Positions 36,253-45,612 are shown, counted from the stretch's first letter. The stretch: 64,000 nucleotides of DNA from Thermoanaerobaculia bacterium (GCA_017883235.1 JADGNY010000005.1:7180-71179); one strand, 5' to 3'. Program-made: numbers and translations. The notes: a model not told the origin generated them from the sequence alone.

Positions 36253-37142
36253 GCGTCACCTCGGAAGATCGACTCGAGGTCTGCCGTGCGGCGGCGGACG
36301 TCGATGACGCCCGCCCCAGTGCTGACGATACGCGCCACGAGCTGCGCCACATCACCCTCCGTGGCCACATTCGCGGTGATGATGTCGTCTTTCACCGCCA
36401 CTTCCGCTGCCGACTCGACGGCCACTGCATCGTAGGAGCCGGCCAGGAGCGTGACGGCGATGGTGATTTGCGCGATGTCGCGAAGCGCTTCTTCGCGCGC
36501 GATCACGCCGCCGCGGAGAAAGAGCACGCGGTCGCAGACCTTTTCGACTTCGGCCAGTTGATGCGAGTTGAGCAGGACCGCCGCGCCTCGCGCTCTCTCC
36601 TCGGCGATGAGATCGCGTACGAGAAAGACGCCGTTCGGATCGAGCCCCGAGGTCGGCTCGTCGAGAAAAAGGAAATCGGGATCGAGAATCAGCGCCTGGG
36701 CCATGCCGATGCGCTGCAGCATGCCGCGCGAGTACTGCGAGAGGCGCTTGTTTTCGGCGTCCTTCAGACCGAGGCGCGTGAGGAGCGCATCGACGCGATC
36801 GCCAGCGCGGGCGCGCGGCAGACCGGCCAGACGCGCCATGTAACGCAGGAACGCACCGCCGGTAGCACGGCGGTCGAAGTTCATCCGCTCCGGCACGAAG
36901 CCGGTACGGCGGCGGACGTCGAGGTCATCGTTCGAACGGCCGTCGATCGTAATCGAGCCGGTGTCGGCGTTGAGGAAGCCGACGATGCACGACATCAGCG
37001 TGGTCTTCCCCGCTCCGTTCGGGCCGATGAGGCCGACCACTTCGCCCGGCGCGATGGTGAGGTCGACGCCTTTCAGCACGGGGCGCACGGCGCCGAACGG
37101 GCGGTATGCCTTGGTCAGTGCTTCGACTCGGATTCCGTTCAT
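36249..37142 (-). CDS. ABC transporter ATP-binding protein
   Basis: GPNGAGKTT, YSRGMLQR and FLFLDEPTSGLD. Confidence 0.9.
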   Translation of the reverse strand: MNGIRVEALTKAYRPFGAVRPVLKGVDLTIAPGEVVGLIGPNGAGKTTLMSCIVGFLNADTGSITIDGRSNDDLDVRRRTGFVPERMNFDRRATGGAFLRYMARLAGLPRARAGDRVDALLTRLGLKDAENKRLSQYSRGMLQRIGMAQALILDPDFLFLDEPTSGLDPNGVFLVRDLIAEERARGAAVLLNSHQLAEVEKVCDRVLFLRGGVIAREEALRDIAQITIAVTLLAGSYDAVAVESAAEVAVKDDIITANVATEGDVAQLVARIVSTGAGVIDVRRRTADLESIFRGDA

Positions 37143-37405
37143 TGCTGGAGTTTGCGCAAGCCGGCTACGATCTCATCGATCTTCGTCCTGTGGAACTGAT
37201 CGATAGTCCGTTGCAGCTCGCTCTCCGGTGTTTGCGAGAGATCCTCGGTGTAGACCTTCTTCAGCGCGCCGGCGAGATAGACCTTCGATTCGATGCGCCA
37301 GTGGGGCCGCGCAAAAAACTCGGTCTGCACGGTGAGCTTCTTCGGGCCGACGTCGAACGCGTCGAGGCGGCCCATTGGTTCATTCGCAAGGTCCAGCATC
37401 CGCAC
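37139..37405 (-). CDS. Small hypothetical protein (88 aa), first gene of the operon
   Basis: ATGA overlap with the ATPase gene. Non-biased composition. Confidence 0.5.
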   Translation of the reverse strand: MRMLDLANEPMGRLDAFDVGPKKLTVQTEFFARPHWRIESKVYLAGALKKVYTEDLSQTPESELQRTIDQFHRTKIDEIVAGLRKLQQ

Positions 37406-37420
37406 GGATGATAACAGTGG

Positions 37421-38257
37421 TCACGGGAACAGCCGCGCGGCGTTCTCCCAAAGAATCTTGCGCGTGACCTCGTCGCTAAGGCCGAGGGCGAGAAAGTCGT
37501 CGATGTTCTTCCGCGGCGAGACGACGCCCGGCGACGGCCAATCGGTTCCCCACAGCACTTTGTCCGCCAAGTCGGCAACGCGCGGAACGTAGCGCAGCAA
37601 CGCCTTCGGCGGGATTCCGGAGATGTCGAGCCGCACGTTGTGGTGACGCCGCGCCAGAAAGAAGGCCGTCTCCCCGTACAGTGGCCGCCCGGCGTGCGCA
37701 AGGATGATCGGCAGGCGCGGGAAGTCGATGGCCACGTCGTCGATAGGCATCGGATCGGCGAAGATGTTGCGCGCGCGCGGAAAGACCGAGGTACCCGTGT
37801 GAAACATCACCGGCACTCCCCGCTCCTCGCATTCGCGATAGATCTCGGCGAGCTGCCATAACTCCCCGTGGTAGGCATTCGGTGCGAAGAGCTGGTGCGG
37901 CGGATGGATCTTGATCATCCGGATGCCGAGGTCGAGCACGCGCCGGATCTCGTCGTGCACGTTGATCTCGTGCAGCGGATTCACGGAGCCGACGGGGAGC
38001 AACCGGTCGCGATGATCGCGCGTGAAATCGGCGATCCAGTCATTGGTCTCCCGGGTGAAGCCCATCACATCCGGCGAAACGTAGTTGATGCAGCAGACCC
38101 GCTCCACCCCTTCCCGATCGAGAAAGCGGACGACGTTGTCCGCCGAGGCGAGGATGTCCTTCGCATTCGCATGCGAGGGATCGGACAGCATCGACAACAC
38201 CTCGGGCTTAAGCATCTCCCACGGCTGGATATGGATGTGAACGTCGAAAACGCGCAT
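37421..38257 (-). CDS. Amidohydrolase-2 family (TIM-barrel metal-dependent hydrolase)
   Basis: MRVFDVHIHIQPW (HxH) ... ILAHAGRP ... WGTDWP. Confidence 0.8.
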   Translation of the reverse strand: MRVFDVHIHIQPWEMLKPEVLSMLSDPSHANAKDILASADNVVRFLDREGVERVCCINYVSPDVMGFTRETNDWIADFTRDHRDRLLPVGSVNPLHEINVHDEIRRVLDLGIRMIKIHPPHQLFAPNAYHGELWQLAEIYRECEERGVPVMFHTGTSVFPRARNIFADPMPIDDVAIDFPRLPIILAHAGRPLYGETAFFLARRHHNVRLDISGIPPKALLRYVPRVADLADKVLWGTDWPSPGVVSPRKNIDDFLALGLSDEVTRKILWENAARLFP

Positions 38258-38303
38258 GGTTCATTATGCGGCGTAGCCGCGTTGTCGGCGCGCAGCGCCG
38301 AAC

Positions 38304-38429
38304 GGAGCGCTGGCGTCTCGCCGGCTGGCTCGGCGGCGTCTCGCCGCTGAGGGTTACAAGCGAATGTATCGGTATGACGTACGCAGAGGCGAGACGCCTC
38401 TGGGCCAGCCGGCGAGACGCCAGCGCTCC
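38304..38429. repeat. Hairpin REP/MITE-like element, GGAGCGCTGGCGTCTC family (copy 3)
   Basis: ggagcgctggcgtctcgccggctggctcggcggcgtctcgcc ... ggccagccggcgagacgccagcgctcc. Confidence 0.8.
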
Positions 38430-38450
38430 TTATGCAACGCGGCGAAGCCG

Positions 38451-38900
38451 CTAAACGAGCATGACCAGGCGCATGCACACGGCGCTGTCGGGGCAGGCGC
38501 CTCGCAGCTCCGCGGAGCCCAGAAGCTGCGGATGGATCTCGTCGCGATCGATTGGTTTGAAGCCGCGTTTGGCGAAATAGGGCTGGGCTGTCGTCGTCAG
38601 AAGATAGAACTCGCGGATGCCGCGCGAAGCCAGGCGGTCGAGGAGCTGACGGACGATGCGCCGCCCGATGCCACGGCTGCGATGCGAGCCGGCAACGGCA
38701 ACGGAGCGGATGAGCGCGGCGAACTTATGCGCCTCGGCGCCGCCGCAGCCGACGAGGTCGTCCCCATCGCGAGCGACGATGAATGTCCTCCAATGATCGT
38801 CGATGCCGTCCGTCGGCAGGTCGTTGGCGACGAGGAGCTGTTTGATCACAGGGATGTCCGCGGCGGATGCGCCACTGATGATGATCTCTCCGTCGCTCAT
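38451..38900 (-). CDS. GNAT N-acetyltransferase (ArsN2/amino-acid acetyltransferase-like)
   Basis: Start at MSDGEIIISGASAADIPVIKQLL. Motif A is HRSRGIGRRIV. The end is ...AELRGACPDSAVCM. Confidence 0.75.
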   Translation of the reverse strand: MSDGEIIISGASAADIPVIKQLLVANDLPTDGIDDHWRTFIVARDGDDLVGCGGAEAHKFAALIRSVAVAGSHRSRGIGRRIVRQLLDRLASRGIREFYLLTTTAQPYFAKRGFKPIDRDEIHPQLLGSAELRGACPDSAVCMRLVMLV

Positions 38901-39010
38901 GACGGCGAGGATAGCAACGAGCCCCGCCGGTGTCACGGAGCCGTTGGGTTGGCCTGCGCCCAGAGCGCGGCGAGGAATGACAGTCACTGCGTTGTGTTCT
39001 CTCGAAACGC

Positions 39011-40888
39011 ATGCGCCGCTTTGTCCTGACCGCGCTCGTGCTTCTCGCCGTTGGGGCCCACGCCCAATTCGTCCCGCCGGTCCTCAAGGGCATCAAAGGC
39101 GATGGCACGCCTCGTCAGACCGACGGTCCTATCCCTTTCCCCGCCGCCGATGAAACGTGGCTCCGGGCGCGCTCGAAACACTTCGTTTTCGTCAGCAGCG
39201 CCGAGGAACGACGGACGCGTGCCGTGGCCGCCGAGCTCGAGACACTGGCATCCGCGCTGACGCAGGTCGACTCCACCTTCAGCGCACCGTCAAGCACACC
39301 GACGCTTGTCATTCTCTTCACCCGGCGCCGCGAGAGCCGGCCGTATTTCGACATGCTGCTGAACCGGCGCGACGCCAACGCCAGCGGTGTCTTCGTCTCC
39401 ATGCGCGACGGTGGCGCAATGCTGGTCAACGACGGCTACAGCTGGCGCGGCGGCGACCGCGCGCCGTTGCACGAGCTTGTCCACTACCTCATGCAATCGG
39501 GCGATGCGAAGGCGCCGCTCTGGCTGGAAGAAGGAACCGCCGAGTATTTCAGCAACGCCACCATCCGTTCACGATCGATCTCCGCCGGCGAACCGATGGC
39601 GAACCACATCACCGTCCTCCGGCAGCGCGCGCGCATTCCGCTGGCGCAGCTCTTTGCCGCGGTACGCGAATCCGACATCTACAACGGCTCCAGCGGCCAG
39701 GCCACCTTCTACGCCGAGAGCTGGGCCATCGTCGACTGGCTGGTGCGCACCTCGGCCAATAACGGCGCCGACTTCTACGCCTTCGTTCACGACGTCTCGC
39801 ACGGCGCGACCGTCGAAGCGGCGCTGCAGACGCGCTACCACCGCACCTTGCGCGACGTCGACTGGGCGCTTTCCCGCTACTCGGCGCCGCAGCGGGCGGC
39901 ATGGGCCATCACGCTCAGCGTCCCTGCGAGCGACATCTCTGTCAGTATCGCTCCGATCGACCGCGCCACAACCCTTTACGAGCTCGGTCATTTTCTGTCG
40001 GCGTTCGCAGAGCTGTCCGCCGATGCCGAGCGGCACTTCCGCGCGGCACTCGATGCCGATCCGAAACACGCGCGCTCTCTCGCCGGCCTGGGCTCCTTAC
40101 GCGCTTCCGAAGCGAAGTACGCGGAGGCCATGCCGCTATTTGAACAAGCCGTCGCGGCCGATCCGAACGACATCCAGGTCTCGCTCGCCTACGCCGAGGC
40201 GTTGATGCAGGACCAGATCGGCGCGCTGGCGCAGAGCTCCGACACGACCGACGACGACGTGACCCGTTTCCGCAAAGCGCGCACGCTGGTGGAGGGAGCG
40301 CTGAAACATCGCGGCGACACCGGCTTTCCTACCGGCCGAGCGATCGGCGACCTCGGCACCACCTACAGCGTCGAGGACGACGTTGCCCCGGGCATCGCCG
40401 CTCTCGAAGAAGCCTGCAGGCTCCTCCCCTCCCGCACCGACTTCGCCCTGCATCTGCTGGCGATGTACCGCCGCGCCGGCGACCGAGCCAAAGCCGATCC
40501 GCTCTTCGCGCGGCTCGACGCGGCCGGGAATCCGCAGGTTTCGTTCGCCGCTCGCTCCGTGATCGTTCGCGCCGAGCTGACACGGGCAAACGCCCTCACA
40601 CACGAGCAGCGTCTTGACGAGGCGGCCGCCATCGTTCGCGAGCTCGCCGTGAACACTTCCGATGCCGACGCGCGCCGAGCCTTCGAGAAACAGGCCGCCG
40701 AACTGACCCGCGTCGCCGCGCAGAACCGCCAGATCGAGAGCTACAACAAGATCGTCGCCCAGGTAAACGCCGGCCGCTATCGCGAGGCCATCAAGGCCGT
40801 CGCGGAGTTTCTCGACACCGCCACCGACCCCGACATCCTCCGCGACGCGAAGAAGCTTCAGAAAGAGCTCGCCGAGTGGAGACCGTAG
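39011..40888 (+). CDS. Secreted MA-clan metallopeptidase-like (DUF1570-like) domain fused to TPR repeats
   Basis: Signal peptide MRRFVLTALVLLAVGAHA, HELVH (HExxH) and ...EGTAEYF. The C-terminal half has repeated TPR-like A..A...F..AL..DP helices. Confidence 0.7.
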   Translation: MRRFVLTALVLLAVGAHAQFVPPVLKGIKGDGTPRQTDGPIPFPAADETWLRARSKHFVFVSSAEERRTRAVAAELETLASALTQVDSTFSAPSSTPTLVILFTRRRESRPYFDMLLNRRDANASGVFVSMRDGGAMLVNDGYSWRGGDRAPLHELVHYLMQSGDAKAPLWLEEGTAEYFSNATIRSRSISAGEPMANHITVLRQRARIPLAQLFAAVRESDIYNGSSGQATFYAESWAIVDWLVRTSANNGADFYAFVHDVSHGATVEAALQTRYHRTLRDVDWALSRYSAPQRAAWAITLSVPASDISVSIAPIDRATTLYELGHFLSAFAELSADAERHFRAALDADPKHARSLAGLGSLRASEAKYAEAMPLFEQAVAADPNDIQVSLAYAEALMQDQIGALAQSSDTTDDDVTRFRKARTLVEGALKHRGDTGFPTGRAIGDLGTTYSVEDDVAPGIAALEEACRLLPSRTDFALHLLAMYRRAGDRAKADPLFARLDAAGNPQVSFAARSVIVRAELTRANALTHEQRLDEAAAIVRELAVNTSDADARRAFEKQAAELTRVAAQNRQIESYNKIVAQVNAGRYREAIKAVAEFLDTATDPDILRDAKKLQKELAEWRP

Positions 40889-40889
40889 G

Positions 40890-40967
40890 CCTGGGACCGC
40901 GGGCGTCTCGCCCGCGCTTTAGCAGGATGCTACGAAGAAACGCGGGCGAGACGCCCGCGGTCCCAGG
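40890..40967. repeat. Hairpin REP (also a plausible bidirectional terminator)
   Basis: cctgggaccgcgggcgtctcgcccgcg ... cgcgggcgagacgcccgcggtcccagg. Confidence 0.75.
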
Positions 40968-41002
40968 GAATGCCCCGCACCCCCCGCGCGTATTCGACGG
41001 CG

Positions 41003-42151
41003 ATGCGCCTCTGTGAGCTCCGCAACCTTCACCTCGTCACATACGAGAACGGCATGAGGCTGCAGCAGAGGCTCGTGGAGTTGCGGCAGGAAGAAACGAT
41101 CCCCGATCAGCTCCTCCTTCTCGAGCATCCTCCCATCATCACCCTCGGACGCGGCGGCGATGTACGCAATCTCCTCGCACCTACGTCGACGCTCGCATCC
41201 GAGCGCGTTCGTTTCTACGAGACTACCCGCGGCGGCGACATCACCTATCACGGACCCGGGCAGCTCGTCGGCTACCCCATCGTCCACCTCGGCGAGGGCA
41301 AGCGCGACGTCCGCAAGTACGTGACGAAACTCGAGGAAGTGCTGATCCGTACGGTCGCTCACTACGGCATCACCGCGGAACGTGCCGAGGGAAAACGAGG
41401 GATCTGGGCCGGCAACGACAAGATCGCCGCCATCGGCGTCCGCATCGCGCGGTGGGTGACCTCGCACGGCTTCGCCTTGAATGTGTCGACGAACCTCGAT
41501 CACTTCCGCCTCATCACGCCATGCGGCCTGCACGGAACCGGGGTGACGTCGATCGCGCAACTCGCGGGACGCGACGTCGCCATCGGCGAAGTGCGCACGA
41601 TCGTCGCCGAAAAATTCGCGGAAGTCTTCGAGCGTGATGTCGTACCGCGGGCGGAGAGCACGCGCCTGGTCAAAGTCATCGTCCACGACGGCGAACGCGT
41701 TCTCATTCTTCATCGCCGTCCCGAGCGCGGCAACTTCTGGCAGCCGATCACCGGATCGATCGAAGAGGGAGAGCTGGCCGCCGGCACCGCGCGCCGCGAA
41801 CTGGCCGAAGAAACAGGGCACGACGGGCAGCCTGAGGCGATCGATCTCGTGCAATCGTTCATGATCGAATCGCACTTCCTGGAAGCGAAATACCCCCCTC
41901 CGATCATCGCCCACGAAACCGCCTTCGCCTTCGAGCTCCCTCCCGGCTCGTCGATCCGCATGGACGCAGAAGAACACGACACGTACGGCTGGTTCTCATT
42001 CGCCGAGGCATATGAAAAGATCCGCTGGACCGACGACCGCGAGGCGTTGGAGAAGGTGGAGTCGCGGTTGCGCGGTAACGCGGTTGCGCAGTCGCGGGGT
42101 GAAGACACCGCGAGACCGCGAGACCTCGAAACCGCGCTACCAAGTTCATGA
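41003..42151 (+). CDS. lipB: Octanoyltransferase LipB fused to a C-terminal NUDIX hydrolase domain
   Basis: The LipB core is LLLLEHPPIITLGRGG...RGGDITYHGPGQLVGYPI...KIAAIGVRI..WVTSHGFALNV. The Nudix box GSIEEGELAAGTARRELAEETG lies at about 41752-41817. The track ORF starts at 40970 inside the REP. Confidence 0.85.
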   Translation: MRLCELRNLHLVTYENGMRLQQRLVELRQEETIPDQLLLLEHPPIITLGRGGDVRNLLAPTSTLASERVRFYETTRGGDITYHGPGQLVGYPIVHLGEGKRDVRKYVTKLEEVLIRTVAHYGITAERAEGKRGIWAGNDKIAAIGVRIARWVTSHGFALNVSTNLDHFRLITPCGLHGTGVTSIAQLAGRDVAIGEVRTIVAEKFAEVFERDVVPRAESTRLVKVIVHDGERVLILHRRPERGNFWQPITGSIEEGELAAGTARRELAEETGHDGQPEAIDLVQSFMIESHFLEAKYPPPIIAHETAFAFELPPGSSIRMDAEEHDTYGWFSFAEAYEKIRWTDDREALEKVESRLRGNAVAQSRGEDTARPRDLETALPSS

Positions 42152-43044
42152 CCGCCCCCGAAACGAAACCCGCCCCCATCAACCGCCGCGCCGGTCATCG
42201 TCCGGAATGGTTGAAGATCCGCGTGCCCGGCGATCTGGCGCAGCTTCCGGTCTCGAAGCTGATGAACGATCTGGCGCTCAACACCGTCTGCCAGGAAGCG
42301 CGCTGCCCCAACATTTTCGAGTGCTGGAGCGCCGGAACCGCCACCTTCATGATCCTCGGCGAGATCTGTACGCGGCGCTGTACCTTCTGCGCGGTCGGCA
42401 AAGGAAAACCGCTCGCTGCCGATGCCGGCGAGCCTGGGCGAGTGGCCGAGGCGGTGGCGAAGATGGGCGTGCACCATGCCGTCATCACCATGGTCAATCG
42501 CGACGACATGCCCGACGGCGGCGCCGAACATCTCGCGCAAACCGTCCGCGCGGTTCGCGGCGAGACCGGGGCCGCGGTGGAGGTGCTGATCTCCGACCTC
42601 GAAGGTAACCGCGAGGCACTCCGCGCCGTCATCGCTTCCGCGCCCGAGGTGCTCGCGCACAATGTCGAGACCGTCCCGCGGCTCTACCCGGCCGTACGCC
42701 CCGTCGCAAAGTACCGACGTTCGCTCGACGTGCTGCGATGGGCTTCCGAAGAGCGCACCGGCGGCATGTTGACCAAGTCGTCGCTCATGCTCGGCCTCGG
42801 CGAGACGGAGGAGGAAGTGCTGGCCGTCGCCGGCGATCTCCGCAATGCCGGAGTCGACATCGTCACCTTCGGCCAATACCTCGCACCGACCGGCAACCAC
42901 CATCCCGTGCGCCGCTACTACACCCCCGAAGAGTTCACCGCGCTCGGCGCAACGGTGAAGGCGATGGGGTTCCATCACGTCGAGTCCGCGCCGTTGGTGA
43001 GGAGCTCGTATATGGCGCACCGTGCGTTGGCGGTTTCGAGGTAG
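42148..43044 (+). CDS. lipA: Lipoyl synthase
   Basis: CQEARCPNIFEC (auxiliary cluster), CTRRCTFC (radical SAM) and ...RSSY. It has an ATGA overlap with lipB. Confidence 0.95.
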   Translation: MTAPETKPAPINRRAGHRPEWLKIRVPGDLAQLPVSKLMNDLALNTVCQEARCPNIFECWSAGTATFMILGEICTRRCTFCAVGKGKPLAADAGEPGRVAEAVAKMGVHHAVITMVNRDDMPDGGAEHLAQTVRAVRGETGAAVEVLISDLEGNREALRAVIASAPEVLAHNVETVPRLYPAVRPVAKYRRSLDVLRWASEERTGGMLTKSSLMLGLGETEEEVLAVAGDLRNAGVDIVTFGQYLAPTGNHHPVRRYYTPEEFTALGATVKAMGFHHVESAPLVRSSYMAHRALAVSR

Positions 43045-43069
43045 CGACCCCGTATACAATCCCGCCCCG

Positions 43070-43348
43070 ATGCCGCGGGTCATTTTCGTCGACGAGGGAA
43101 AGGCGGCGGAGTTTCCCGCGGGATCCACGCTCCTCTCCTGCGCCGGCGAGATGGGCGTGCGCGTCAGCCACGTCTGCGGTGGCGACGGTGCGTGCGGGAC
43201 TTGCAGAGTGGAAGTCATCGACGGATGGGACAATCTCACGCCGCCGACACCCGACGAGACGTACAAAGAGCTCGAAGCGCCGTATCGGCTGTCCTGCCAA
43301 TCGAAGTTGATCGGCGATGTGATTTTGAAAGTGGCGAAGATAGAGTAG
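43070..43348 (+). CDS. 2Fe-2S ferredoxin (plant/adrenodoxin-type)
   Basis: Start at MPRVIFVDEG. Cys ligands are CGGDGACGTC ... C (RLSCQ). Confidence 0.8.
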   Translation: MPRVIFVDEGKAAEFPAGSTLLSCAGEMGVRVSHVCGGDGACGTCRVEVIDGWDNLTPPTPDETYKELEAPYRLSCQSKLIGDVILKVAKIE

Positions 43349-43353
43349 AGACC

Positions 43354-43415
43354 GTTGTCGGTTGTCGGTTGTCCGTCGTAGGTGAGGCGACAACCGACAA
43401 CCGACAACCGACAAC
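43354..43415. repeat. Hairpin of tandem GTTGTCG / CGACAAC heptamers
   Basis: gttgtcggttgtcggttgtc ... gacaaccgacaaccgacaaccgacaac. Confidence 0.75.
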
Positions 43416-43424
43416 GAGGCACAA

Positions 43425-43934
43425 ATGACGACGATCGAAGCAACTCCCGCGCTCCTTACCAACCAGCAGCTCAACACCCTCTTCCAGTACACCATCGAGG
43501 CGTACAAGACGTTCGAGAAGCTGGCGGAGAATCTGCCGAATCCGCTGACCGCGAACATGTTCAAGCAGTTCGCCGCCGACGAGCGCGCGGCTCGCGATCT
43601 GATCGAGATGAAGATCGCCGCCACCGGCACCGCCCGCAGCCGCGTGACGCTGGCCAACGACCTGGCCTTTCAGGACATCCTGGAAGGCGATCTCTCCTTT
43701 CGCGAGACGACCGAGTTCCTCATCGCCCGCGAACGGACGATGGAGCGCAAGCTGGCCGAGCTCGGCCGCGGTGCCACCGTGATCGACCGCGGCTTCGTCG
43801 TCTACCTCGGCGCATCGAAACGCTCCCACATCGTCGAGCTGGAGCGCGAGCTGGAATTGACGAAGCTCGACCGCGATTGGTTCAAACGCGAGGACGCCGA
43901 AGCGCGCCTCGTTCGCGGCCCAGCCACTCCATGA
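43425..43934 (+). CDS. Ferritin-like/rubrerythrin-like four-helix protein (hypothetical)
   Basis: 169 aa, helical, with E..AR / E..H-type pairs (ADERAARDLIE ... ERTMERKL ... SHIVELERE). The family call is tentative. Confidence 0.5.
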   Translation: MTTIEATPALLTNQQLNTLFQYTIEAYKTFEKLAENLPNPLTANMFKQFAADERAARDLIEMKIAATGTARSRVTLANDLAFQDILEGDLSFRETTEFLIARERTMERKLAELGRGATVIDRGFVVYLGASKRSHIVELERELELTKLDRDWFKREDAEARLVRGPATP

Positions 43935-44218
43935 ACCTCTCCATCACTCAGACCGCGGCCCAGCACCTCCAGCGCGATCTCGACGGCCGCATCCTCCGCA
44001 TCGCTTTCACCACCGGCTGCGGCGGCAGCGGTTACCGCCTTGCCTATACCGACGCTCCGCTCGACGGTGATGAAGTCGTCGATGTCCGCGGCATCCATGT
44101 CGCCCTCGACAACATGTCCGCCTCCCGCCTCGACGGCGCCATCATCGAATACAACGCGGACGATGACGGATACCTGCTCGATCACCCGGACGCGGTCAGC
44201 GCCGTCTGGTGCGGCTAG
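43931..44218 (+). CDS. HesB/IscA-like Fe-S cluster carrier protein
   Basis: ATG at 43931 (ATGA overlap). MNLSITQTAAQHLQ...RIAFTTGCGGSGY...VWCG has the Cys pattern of A-type carriers. It lies inside a longer Arg-rich track ORF. Confidence 0.7.
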   Translation: MNLSITQTAAQHLQRDLDGRILRIAFTTGCGGSGYRLAYTDAPLDGDEVVDVRGIHVALDNMSASRLDGAIIEYNADDDGYLLDHPDAVSAVWCG

Positions 44219-44265
44219 CTGCGCGGTACGCGGACAACCCGCAAGGCGCACAACCGACAACGCCG

Positions 44266-45291
44266 TCAGGCATACGCTTCCGCGAACTCCAGCGCGTGAT
44301 AGGTGATGATCAGATCCGCCCCCGCGCGCTTGATCGACGTCAGGATCTCGTTCATCACCCGCGGACCGTCGATCCAGCCTCGCTCGGCCGCGGCCTTCAC
44401 CATCGAATACTCGCCGCTCACGTTGTACGCCGCCACCGGAAGGTCGAAGTTCTCGCGCGCGGCGCGGATCACGTCCAGGTAGGACAGCGCCGGCTTGACC
44501 ATGATCATGTCCGCCCCTTCCTCGACGTCGAGCTCCATCTCCCGGATGGCCTCACGGATATTGGCCGGATCCATCTGGTAGCTGCGGCGATCGCCGAATT
44601 GCGGAGCCGACTCGGCGGCTTCGCGGAACGGCCCGTAGAAGCCGGAGGCGTACTTGGCCGAGTAGGCCATGATCCCGACCTCGGTCAGCCCTGCGTCGTC
44701 GAGCGCGTCGCGGATCGCCCCGACGCGGCCGTCCATCATGTCGGACGGCGCCACGAAATCGGCGCCGGCGGCGGCGAAGGAGAGAGCCTGCTTCGCCAGC
44801 AGCGGAAGCGTCTGATCATTGTCGACATCCGCTACTCCGTTGCGCTCGACGATGACGCCGCAATGTCCGTGGTCGGTGTATTCGCAGAGGCAGACATCCG
44901 CCATCACCGCCATCTGTGGCACGGCGCGCTTGATGGCCTCGATGCCCTCCTGCACCGGCCCTGCCGGATCCCACGATGCCGATCCGATGGCGTCCTTGTA
45001 CTCGGGAAGCCCGAAGAGGAGGACCGCCCGGATGCCGAGGTCGTAGGCGCGGAGAGCCTCCTCGGCGGCCTCGCGGGCACGAAGCTGCCAGACGCCGGGC
45101 ATCGATCCAATCTCCACCTTCGGCCGCGCGTCCGGCACGACGAAGAGCGGATAGATGAGGTCCTCGGGGCGCACGACTGTCTCCCGCACCAGAGCCCGGA
45201 TCGATTCCGTGCGGCGCAGGCGCCGCGGCCGCCGGGCCAGGGTGTCGGTGATGGTGTCAGTCGGCTGGATCGACGTCGCTATCGTAGTCAT
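44266..45291 (-). CDS. hemB: Porphobilinogen synthase (delta-aminolevulinate dehydratase), Zn-type
   Basis: Start at [28 protein letters not shown], Zn site [14 protein letters not shown] and active-site [12 protein letters not shown]. Confidence 0.92.
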   Translation of the reverse strand: MTTIATSIQPTDTITDTLARRPRRLRRTESIRALVRETVVRPEDLIYPLFVVPDARPKVEIGSMPGVWQLRAREAAEEALRAYDLGIRAVLLFGLPEYKDAIGSASWDPAGPVQEGIEAIKRAVPQMAVMADVCLCEYTDHGHCGVIVERNGVADVDNDQTLPLLAKQALSFAAAGADFVAPSDMMDGRVGAIRDALDDAGLTEVGIMAYSAKYASGFYGPFREAAESAPQFGDRRSYQMDPANIREAIREMELDVEEGADMIMVKPALSYLDVIRAARENFDLPVAAYNVSGEYSMVKAAAERGWIDGPRVMNEILTSIKRAGADLIITYHALEFAEAYA

Positions 45292-45463
45292 CGCTGTCTC
45301 CGTAGAAAAAGGCGCGGGCACACTCGCCGGAGCAGAATCGCCGCCCCGTGGCCCTGTAGACGCAGTCGGCGCAGAAGTGTTTCCCGCACGTGGGGCAATG
45401 TTCGAGGATCGCGCTCTCCTCAGGATCGCCACACCGGATGCACTTCTGCCCTTCGTCGGACAT
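45257..45463 (-). CDS. Small Cys-rich zinc-ribbon protein (68 aa)
   Basis: CIRCG...[12 protein letters not shown]...CSGEC, with an acidic tail. It overlaps the hemB start by 35 nt. Confidence 0.5.
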   Translation of the reverse strand: MSDEGQKCIRCGDPEESAILEHCPTCGKHFCADCVYRATGRRFCSGECARAFFYGDSDDYDSDVDPAD

Positions 45464-45534
45464 TCAACGCCTCGCGCCGCCGAAATTTTCCACGCCGCGC
45501 GACGTTGAGTATATCCTCCGGACCCCACCCCGAT

Positions 45535-45612
45535 GGCGGTGTAGCTCAGATTGGTTAGAGCGGGCGTCTCATAAGCGCTAGGTCACTGGTTCGACTCCAG
45601 TCACCGCCACCA
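45535..45612 (+). tRNA. tRNA with CAT anticodon (elongator Met or lysidine-modified Ile2)
   Basis: Cloverleaf by hand: acceptor ggcggtg/caccgcc, D arm gctc..gagc, anticodon loop ctCATaa (CAT at 45570-45572), T arm actgg-ttcgact-ccagt, and an encoded CCA. Confidence 0.85.

Noticed and set aside
40890-41002. A possible riboswitch or leader upstream of lipB, and likewise upstream of the ferritin-like gene at 43354-43415.
   Set aside because: Both structures are members of the dispersed REP hairpin families seen elsewhere in the window, not conserved riboswitch architectures that I can recognise.
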